Source: an uncultured Candidatus Saccharibacteria bacterium (GTDB lineage: Bacteria > Patescibacteriota > WWE3 > UBA101185 > UBA10185). From it: 64,000 bases of DNA. The DNA is taken from NCBI GenBank assembly GCA_964387275.1, contig CAYLVW010000002.1, forward strand, positions 127,286 to 191,285, read 5' to 3'. Below the pieces are notes generated by a model. The model was not told the DNA's origin. It saw only the letters and a program-made list of their open reading frames with translations, and did not search any database. The position numbers and the translations under genes were made by a program. Below, piece after piece: positions 57,874 to 64,000 of the stretch. Position 1 is the first letter of the stretch, and each line of letters opens with the position of its first letter.

Positions 57874-57949
57874 GGGTGTTTAGCTCAGCTGGTAGAGCAG
57901 GCGTCTTATACACGCCCGGTCCTTGGTTCGAGTCCAAGAACACCCACCA
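57874..57949 (+). tRNA. tRNA-Ile with anticodon UAU (tRNA-Ile2 type)
   Basis: gggtgtttagctcagctggtagagcaggcgtcttatacacgcccggtccttggttcgagtccaagaacacccacca. 7-bp acceptor, D-loop with GG, anticodon stem ggcgt/acgcc, loop cuUAUac, T-arm cttgg-ttcgagt-ccaag, encoded CCA. Confidence 0.8.
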
Positions 57950-58013
57950 GTCACTTAGCGAATAAAATGAGCTTAGTGAAATGGGGTGCAAGGCCACCAG
58001 TCACTTAGCGAAT
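57944..58013. repeat. Two perfect 20-bp direct repeats (ccaccagtcacttagcgaat) 50 bp apart, the first overlapping the 3' end of tRNA-Ile; att-like or recombinase-site-like
   Basis: Copies at 57944-57963 and 57994-58013 read directly; flanking bases differ. Confidence 0.6.
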
Positions 58014-58037
58014 GGCTAATCTTTACATATATCAAAA

Positions 58038-58075
58038 AAGCGCCGTGGTTATTAATCACAGCGCCTTCGTTTTTA
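58038..58075. terminator. Bidirectional hairpin terminator between the hpf/tRNA-Ile unit and the convergent recombinase gene
   Basis: gcgccgtgg...ccacagcgc stem flanked by A-run and T-run. Confidence 0.4.
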
Positions 58076-58093
58076 TTCACTAAATTGATTTGT

Positions 58094-58987
58094 TTATAGA
58101 ATACCAAACTCAGTCTTTTCTTCTTCCGTTGTTTTCTTTATATATTGTAAATATCTCTCAGTTGTAGACACTCTCTTGTGGCCGGCTACTTTTGAAACTA
58201 AGCTTAAGCTTGTACCTTGTGATAAGTGAAATGCAACAAAAGTATGTCTTAAGTCATTAACCTTAGCACTTTCAACACCAGCTAGTTTAAAAAACCTGTC
58301 AATGGTTGATCTTATATTTCTGATAAGAAGTGCTTTACCTGTTTTTGTAGTAAATAGGTATTCGGTAGGCTTGTCTGTTTTTTCGGCAAGATACTTGTTT
58401 ATGGCTTCTACCACAGCTTTATTTAAAGGTATGCTTCTCGATTCTTTACCGTTTTTCTTAGGTATAAAAAGGTTACCCAACTCTTTATTAATAGTAAGGT
58501 CAGAGATTTTTATTTCAGCAACTTCAGATATTGTAATACCTGTCTGTAACAAAACTTCAACCATCGCGAAAGTTCTTGTATCGTCTTTTGCGGCATCTCT
58601 TAAAGCTCCATATTCCATTCTTGTTAGAATTCTAGGTGCTTTTAAATCGACCTTAGGATGTTTTAACTGATCTGCAATATTTATGCTAATGTGACTGGAT
58701 TCTACTAAATATCTAAAGTAAGTTTTAGTAGAGTTAGTCTTTCTGGAAATAGACTTAGGCGTGTAGTTTTCCTTAGCCAATTTAGCCATGAATTCTTCTA
58801 GGTGTTCTATGGCAATTTCAGTTACCAAATTTACTCCCTTATTAGAAAGGAATTTTGTAAGTTGATCTATATCTTTACCGTATGCAGTCAATGTAGACGA
58901 GGATTTACCCTTATCTTCTAGGTGCTTGATAAAGTTTTTATGTGCTATATCGAGTTTTATCATAAAATATGGGGTTTTTAGGGGCAA
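58094..58987 (-). CDS. Tyrosine site-specific recombinase (XerC/XerD-like / phage integrase family)
   Basis: N-terminal SAM-like core-binding domain; C-terminal catalytic residues in ...DLRHTFVAFHLSQG...AGHKRVSTTERYL (R..H..R..Y). Confidence 0.8.
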   Translation of the reverse strand: MPLKTPYFMIKLDIAHKNFIKHLEDKGKSSSTLTAYGKDIDQLTKFLSNKGVNLVTEIAIEHLEEFMAKLAKENYTPKSISRKTNSTKTYFRYLVESSHISINIADQLKHPKVDLKAPRILTRMEYGALRDAAKDDTRTFAMVEVLLQTGITISEVAEIKISDLTINKELGNLFIPKKNGKESRSIPLNKAVVEAINKYLAEKTDKPTEYLFTTKTGKALLIRNIRSTIDRFFKLAGVESAKVNDLRHTFVAFHLSQGTSLSLVSKVAGHKRVSTTERYLQYIKKTTEEEKTEFGIL

Positions 58988-59138
58988 GGCTACAAACCTA
59001 TAGTGTAGGATACCAGTTTAGTTTTTACTTGTCAATGTTTGCTTATTTTACTAGTTTTAAGACCTTATAGGATTGTAGGTAAATTTTTTGAGTTTTTAGC
59101 CCCATTTTTTGATCTGCTCCTAGTGTTAGAATACACTT

Positions 59139-59534
59139 ATGCGGTCAATATCAAACCTGAAGTATATAGTAGGGGGTTTTGTACTTTTGCTTATATCAAT
59201 AAGCTATATAAAAAAGACATTTGAGATTCTCAAAAGCGGTGAAAGACTGGCCGAAGTAAGAAAAGAGGTGGTAAATCTTAGCTCTGAAAAAGAAAATTTA
59301 GAATTTGAACTTTCCTACATGCAAAGCCCTGAGTATATTGAGAGGTCTGCCCGAACTGAGCTAAACATGGTAAAACCTAATGAATTAGTTTTTGTGCCTG
59401 AAACATCTCTCAAAGAAGATCCAAAGACTTTAGAATCAACTTTAGTTGTGTCTCCAGAACCTGATAAGAGTACCAAAGATATAAGAAAGAAAGATTCAAA
59501 AATTGGATTATGGTTAAAGTACTTTTTGTATTAG
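59139..59534 (+). CDS. ftsB: Septum formation initiator family protein (FtsB/DivIC-like)
   Basis: N-terminal TM (YIVGGFVLLLISISYI) followed by a coiled-coil segment and the conserved ...SPEYIERSARTELNMVKPNELVFV tail. Confidence 0.55.
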   Translation: MRSISNLKYIVGGFVLLLISISYIKKTFEILKSGERLAEVRKEVVNLSSEKENLEFELSYMQSPEYIERSARTELNMVKPNELVFVPETSLKEDPKTLESTLVVSPEPDKSTKDIRKKDSKIGLWLKYFLY

Positions 59535-59603
59535 ACGTGGTTGATATAAATTCATGCCTCTGCTATCATGCAGTAGCTTCTTAACTAATATCTAGTTTTC
59601 TGA

Positions 59604-59677
59604 AGCGGGGTGGAGGAGTAGTACCTCGTCAGGCTCATAATCTGAAGACCCCGGTGCAAATCCGGGCCCCGCAACCA
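59604..59677 (+). tRNA. Atypical tRNA-like element with CAU anticodon (Met or Ile-lysidine type); D-loop lacks GG and T-loop is TGCAAAT
   Basis: agcggggtggaggagtagtacctcgtcaggctcataatctgaagaccccggtgcaaatccgggccccgcaacca. Folds as a cloverleaf (A1-A72 mismatch, D-stem gagg/cctc, anticodon loop cuCAUaa, T-stem cccgg/ccggg, CCA end) but with non-canonical D- and T-loops. Confidence 0.4.
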
Positions 59678-59807
59678 AATAAATCCCCCACCAGCAAAAT
59701 ATTTTTACCAGTAGGGGAAGGGTTGTTAGATTTTTCCGCCAGTTATATCTTTTATCCAGTTTGTAAGTGAATCCTTAGCCTCTTTACCCAAGATTTTGAT
59801 TAGATCT

Positions 59808-60182
59808 TTACCTGTTTGTAAAGTTTCTATAACTAAAAATCCTGTAAATGCCCAGACAATAAATCCATTCCATAAACGCTCCTATCAATATGTAGTAAAG
59901 TCTTTTTCGTTCTCCAATCTCCTTACCCCTCATTATTTCTATAAGATCTAGGCATAGCAGCGCTAATTCTTCAAACTTGCCATCTTCTAAGGCAATTAGA
60001 ACTGTAGCGATAAGGGTTAGTCCCTCTACCACAATAGTTATGTAGATAGGTATTGCCCAGAATGGGTTTTGTATGAGTCCAAGAGAGTTTATTAGGAGTA
60101 TAACTAGCCCTAATTTGACTACCGCACTAGTGACCATCCCAAAAGTTACCAGTCTGGTAATAACACGCAGTTTTTCGCTCAT
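59808..60182 (-). CDS. Hypothetical membrane protein (3-4 TM)
   Basis: 124-aa hydrophobic ORF between two tRNA genes. Confidence 0.35.
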   Translation of the reverse strand: MSEKLRVITRLVTFGMVTSAVVKLGLVILLINSLGLIQNPFWAIPIYITIVVEGLTLIATVLIALEDGKFEELALLCLDLIEIMRGKEIGERKRLYYILIGAFMEWIYCLGIYRIFSYRNFTNR

Positions 60183-60407
60183 ATCCCTTCTCCCGAGAGG
60201 ATAATACCAGATTGTGGTTGCATTATAAACTCATGTTTAGTAGCATGGTGTCGTTGTGTGGGTCCTACAGTATAATTTGATATAATTCAACTTGTTTCAG
60301 AGGTTACTGCTTTGTTTAAATACACCAATGTAGTTTTTGGTTGTTTTTAAGGGTAGTGTGTGTCTGTTTGGGCTAGTAAATAGTCACGTGTGTTTGTAGG
60401 TTTTTTA

Positions 60408-60483
60408 GCCAACGTAGCTCAGTGGTTAGAGCGGGCGTTTCATAAGCGCTAGGTCGGAGGTTCAATTCCCCCCGTTGGCACCA
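60408..60483 (+). tRNA. tRNA-Met (anticodon CAU; elongator-like)
   Basis: gccaacgtagctcagtggttagagcgggcgtttcataagcgctaggtcggaggttcaattccccccgttggcacca. Acceptor gccaacg/cgttggc, D-loop with GG, anticodon loop uuCAUaa, T-loop ttcaatt, CCA encoded. Confidence 0.75.
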
Positions 60484-60555
60484 TAATTTTTTCCAAAACA
60501 TCATTAGAATATTGCTTATTTTGATTAGGGGTTTTTCATAATATAATCAATAAAT

Positions 60556-61560
60556 ATGTCAAAACGAATTCTTACAGGAGATAACACTACAGGCAAATTA
60601 CACCTCGGTCATTACGTTGGTTCTCTCGAAAATAGGGTTAAGCTTCAACACGAATACGATACTTTTATCATTTTAGCTGATATGCACGCTATGGCATACC
60701 CAAAGTATATTGGTGCACCTGAGATTGTTGCAACCTCTGTGCTGGATGTTGCTCTTGATAATCTTTCCGTTGGTCTTGATCATAAAAAAGTTCATATTTT
60801 CTCTGAGTCATCAATACCTGAGATATTTGAGTTAGCTTTAATATTTAGTATGTTGGTTAGCCATTCCAGGGCTCTTAGAAACCCTACTATAAAGGACGAA
60901 ATCCGTGATAAGGGTTTAGGAGACAACTTTTCTTTAGGATTTGTAAATTTTCCAATAATGATGTCTGCTGATATTTTAAGTGTAGGTGCTGATTTAGTGC
61001 CTGTTGGGGAAGATCAACTTCCTCATATTGAGCAAACAAATGAAATTGTTCGTAGATTTAATTTGCTATATGGCGAAGGTGCTCTAAAGGAAGTGCGAGG
61101 TTTAGTTGGTAGGGTCAAAAGACTGGTTGGTACAGATGGTAATGCTAAAATGACCAAGTCTTTAGGAAACTGTATATTTTTGTCAGATGACACTGCTACA
61201 GTTAGGAAACAGGTCATGGGTATGTACACAGATCCTAATAGAATAAGGCCTACCGATCCTGGAAAGGTAGATGGTAATCCAGTTTTTATATACCATGAGG
61301 CCTTTAATACCAATGTTGAGGAAGTGGAAGATTTGAAAAAACGCTATCTCTTGGGTAAGGTGGGGGATGTTGAGGTCAAAGAAAAATTATTTATTGCAGT
61401 TGAAAAATTTCTAGAGCCTATTAGAGAACGAAGGGCTATATATGAACGTGACTTAGGTATGGTAAGAGATATTATTAATGAAGGTAACATCTACACTCAA
61501 GCCATCGCTAGGGATACTTTAGAAATGGTTAAAGCTAAGATGAAATTGAGTCTTAAGTAG
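60556..61560 (+). CDS. trpS: Tryptophanyl-tRNA synthetase (class I)
   Basis: HIGH-type motif TGKLHLGHYVG near the N-terminus and KMTKSLGN (KMSKS) motif; 334 aa. Confidence 0.9.
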   Translation: MSKRILTGDNTTGKLHLGHYVGSLENRVKLQHEYDTFIILADMHAMAYPKYIGAPEIVATSVLDVALDNLSVGLDHKKVHIFSESSIPEIFELALIFSMLVSHSRALRNPTIKDEIRDKGLGDNFSLGFVNFPIMMSADILSVGADLVPVGEDQLPHIEQTNEIVRRFNLLYGEGALKEVRGLVGRVKRLVGTDGNAKMTKSLGNCIFLSDDTATVRKQVMGMYTDPNRIRPTDPGKVDGNPVFIYHEAFNTNVEEVEDLKKRYLLGKVGDVEVKEKLFIAVEKFLEPIRERRAIYERDLGMVRDIINEGNIYTQAIARDTLEMVKAKMKLSLK

Positions 61561-61584
61561 TATATAATCCCTAGGCAAAAAATT

Positions 61585-63504
61585 ATGACTATAATGTACA
61601 CAGAGAAATCCAATATAGATACTTCACAAAAAGACTCCAAAAAGAATTTGAGTAAGGGTGGGTCTTTTAGTAAGAAAAAAGTTAATAGTAATTCTCCTTT
61701 GGGTCCGTTTAATAATCCAAGGCAGTTTTTTGTAGACAACTTATTTTATCTTGTTTTGATAGTAATAGCTTTAATGGCTTTTGATTTTTTTGGCAGTGGG
61801 GGTATTGGTGCTGAAACCAAGCCGATAAGTGATGTTTTAAGACTGATAAATGATGATAAGGTCCAAAATGTTGTAGTAGATGGAGATACAATTAAGGTTC
61901 AGTTGAAAGATGGTACAAACATTAAAACTGATAAAGAATCTGGTGTAAGTTTTGATGAGGTGTTAAAAAACAACGAGATAGACCCAAAAAAAATTTCCGG
62001 TGAGATTAAAGTAGAACATAGTATATCTTTCGATCAAGTGATATTACCTTTACTTAGTTTAGCTATTCCTGTTTTAATTTTATTTTTTATTTTTAGACAG
62101 ATGCGTTCCAGTAGTGGTGATATTTTTTCTTTTGCTAAATCAAAAGCCAAGATGTTTAACAAAGAGAGCTCCAAAATTACTTTCTCTGACGTAGCTGGAA
62201 ACGAAGAAGCTAAGAAAGAAATGGTTGAGATAGTGGATTTTCTCAAAAACCCAGAAAAGTATAGAAAACTAGGAGCTCGTATTCCAAAAGGAATTCTTCT
62301 TGTTGGTCCCGCTGGTGTTGGTAAGACCTTACTTGCTAAAGCAATTGCTGGTGAGGCCGGGGTGCCCTTTTTTAGTGTTGCTGGTAGTGAGTTCATGGAG
62401 ATGTTAGTTGGTGTTGGTTCTGCTAGGGCAAGGGATTTATTCAAAATGGCAAAATCCAGCCAACCAAGTTTAGTATTTATTGATGAGATTGATGCAATTG
62501 GTAGGCAAAGGGGCATGGGTATAGGTGGGGGTCACGATGAAAGAGAGCAAACCTTAAACCAGATTCTAGTTGAGATGGATGGTTTTGATCCAAGAACCAA
62601 TGTTATTGTTTTGGCTGCTACAAATAGACCCGATATGTTAGATCCAGCTTTAGTTAGAGCTGGTAGATTTGATAGAAGGGTTAGTATATCCCTCCCTGAT
62701 CTAAATGATAGGAAGATGATTCTTGAGATTCATTCAAAAGGTAAGCCTCTTGCTTCTGATGTAAATTTTGAGAGAGTTGCAAAAAAGACTGTAGGATTTT
62801 CTGGAGCTGATTTAGAGAACATGCTAAATGAAGCAGCAATACTAGCTGCAAGAGCAGGTAGGGATTCTATTCAAAACATTGATTTGGAAGAAGCTGCCTT
62901 AAAGGTTACTATTGGTGCTGAGAGAAGAACACTTCAAACTGAGGCAGAAAGAAGAATGACTGCCTACCATGAAGCAGGTCATGCCTTAGTTGCTACTTAC
63001 GTAAAAGACATGGACCCTGTTTATAGAATTTCTATTGTTGCAAGAGGTGGTTCTTTGGGTCATACAAGTTTTCCTCCAGAGAGAGATCGTTACAATGAAA
63101 CTAAAACAAGAATACTATCGTTAATTTCTACAATGCTTGGTGGTAGAGCAGCTGAGGAAATTATTTTCAATGAGTTAACTGTTGGCGCATCCGATGATAT
63201 TGACAGAGCTACTAAACTTGCAAGAAAAATGGTCACAGAGTATGGTATGAGCTCACTAGGGCCTATATCTTTTGATGGTAGGAATGGTAGTTTTTGGTTA
63301 GCAAGAGAGATGGGCGAAATGCCTCACTATAGCCAGGATGTGGCTTCAAAAATTGATGCAGAAATAAATGAGATCATTTCTTCTTGCTATACAGAAGCTA
63401 AGAGAATTCTCACAGAAAAAAGAGCTGTATTGGATAAAGTATCCGAGGCTCTACTTACTAAGGAAACTATCGATGGGGATGAGTATAAAGCCCTGTTAAG
63501 CTAG
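61585..63504 (+). CDS. ftsH: ATP-dependent zinc metalloprotease FtsH
   Basis: Two N-terminal TM helices; AAA module GPAGVGKTLLAKAIAGEAG with Walker B LVFIDEIDAIG; zinc motif HEAGHAL; 639 aa. Confidence 0.9.
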   Translation: MTIMYTEKSNIDTSQKDSKKNLSKGGSFSKKKVNSNSPLGPFNNPRQFFVDNLFYLVLIVIALMAFDFFGSGGIGAETKPISDVLRLINDDKVQNVVVDGDTIKVQLKDGTNIKTDKESGVSFDEVLKNNEIDPKKISGEIKVEHSISFDQVILPLLSLAIPVLILFFIFRQMRSSSGDIFSFAKSKAKMFNKESSKITFSDVAGNEEAKKEMVEIVDFLKNPEKYRKLGARIPKGILLVGPAGVGKTLLAKAIAGEAGVPFFSVAGSEFMEMLVGVGSARARDLFKMAKSSQPSLVFIDEIDAIGRQRGMGIGGGHDEREQTLNQILVEMDGFDPRTNVIVLAATNRPDMLDPALVRAGRFDRRVSISLPDLNDRKMILEIHSKGKPLASDVNFERVAKKTVGFSGADLENMLNEAAILAARAGRDSIQNIDLEEAALKVTIGAERRTLQTEAERRMTAYHEAGHALVATYVKDMDPVYRISIVARGGSLGHTSFPPERDRYNETKTRILSLISTMLGGRAAEEIIFNELTVGASDDIDRATKLARKMVTEYGMSSLGPISFDGRNGSFWLAREMGEMPHYSQDVASKIDAEINEIISSCYTEAKRILTEKRAVLDKVSEALLTKETIDGDEYKALLS

Positions 63505-63543
63505 CATCCGTTATCTCTAAACCTGCTAATTACAAGAATGCTG

Positions 63544-63975
63544 TCACTTTTTCGGTGTGTATTCTGTGGTATATCCTGGATTTTCTGATGGCCTGAGCTT
63601 ATTTGGGTACTCTATGTCAGTTTTTACATCCATTGAAACACCTTTAAGCATTTTAAATATCTCATAGGGGCTCTCAATATTTGCAAGTGCATAAGGCTTT
63701 GATGCTATACCATTTTTAGTAGTTACAAATGTGCCTGCACTGGAGATTTTTATTGTACCTGTTTTGCCTCCCATTAGTATGGTATCTAGTATTCCAACGT
63801 TTACCTCAGCATTTGTTATTTTATCGAAGTCGATCATTTGGAAATCTCTACCAATGACACCTGTTTGTAAAAGGACTCTCCTGTCTGTAATAGCATATAA
63901 GACATGTTTATAAACCAGTAGGTTGTATATAATAGGTCCAAAAGTCATAAGAATGCCTACCCAGAAGTGTGGCAT
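63544..63975 (-). CDS. Hypothetical membrane-flanked bacterial PH-like (bPH_2/YdbT-like) domain protein; N-terminus may extend beyond the window
   Basis: ITDRRVLLQTGVIGRDFQMIDFDKITNAEVNVGILDTILMGGKTGTIKISSAG resembles the bPH_2 pattern, preceded by a TM helix. Confidence 0.35.
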   Translation of the reverse strand: MPHFWVGILMTFGPIIYNLLVYKHVLYAITDRRVLLQTGVIGRDFQMIDFDKITNAEVNVGILDTILMGGKTGTIKISSAGTFVTTKNGIASKPYALANIESPYEIFKMLKGVSMDVKTDIEYPNKLRPSENPGYTTEYTPKK

Positions 63976-64000
63976 TAGAAAAATTGCTACTCCCGGGTTT

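Noticed and set aside
57944-58013. Possible CRISPR array (identical 20-bp repeats)
   Set aside because: Only two copies, repeat too short, spacer 30 bp but no further repeats and no cas genes nearby; better explained as an att/recombinase-site duplication at the tRNA 3' end.
1-64000. Possibility of an alternative genetic code (UGA recoding as in some CPR lineages)
   Set aside because: Conserved genes (valS, dnaA, sufB, ftsH and others) give full-length products with standard-code stops and no obvious in-frame stop truncation, so the standard code appears adequate. A full codon-usage test was not possible here.

Overview
The window is AT-rich (roughly one-third G+C by eye) and densely coding, with short intergenic spacers and many 1-4 nt gene overlaps. 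The overall look fits a small-genome, low-GC bacterium, possibly Patescibacteria/CPR-like; that placement is inference only.

Recognisable core genes:
- aminoacyl-tRNA synthetases valS, proS and trpS, plus tsaD
- the lipid II isoglutaminyl synthase pair murT/gatD
- dnaA flanked by consensus DnaA boxes, so a probable oriC
- an MraY/WecA-family transferase, a processive GT2 and tatD
- pgi, a HAD hydrolase, comFC, a split transketolase with a gene inserted between its halves, and a PfkB kinase
- a suf Fe-S operon (arsR-like regulator, sufC, sufB, short sufD, sufS, sufU), hpf, ftsB, ftsH
- four tRNAs: Asn-GTT, Ile-TAT, Met-CAT, and one atypical CAT tRNA-like element

Accessory or mobile-looking block, about 31.3-52.4 kb:
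- a nucleotidyltransferase-HEPN fusion
- a Flp-type pilin-like gene
- a string of small membrane proteins ending in a 975-aa KAP-family P-loop NTPase
- phage-like genes (terminase-small-like HTH, RepO-like)
- a large serine recombinase whose 3' end overlaps tRNA-Asn, preceded by nested inverted repeats
- a compositionally atypical, GC-richer 1348-aa secreted cysteine-rich protein with a glycoside-hydrolase-like N-terminus

Other observations:
- The 703-aa membrane protein at the window start contains a 219-bp tandem duplication with a single mismatch between copies.
- A 20-bp perfect direct repeat sits at the 3' end of tRNA-Ile(TAT), next to a tyrosine recombinase.
- No CRISPR array, rRNA or reverse transcriptase was seen.
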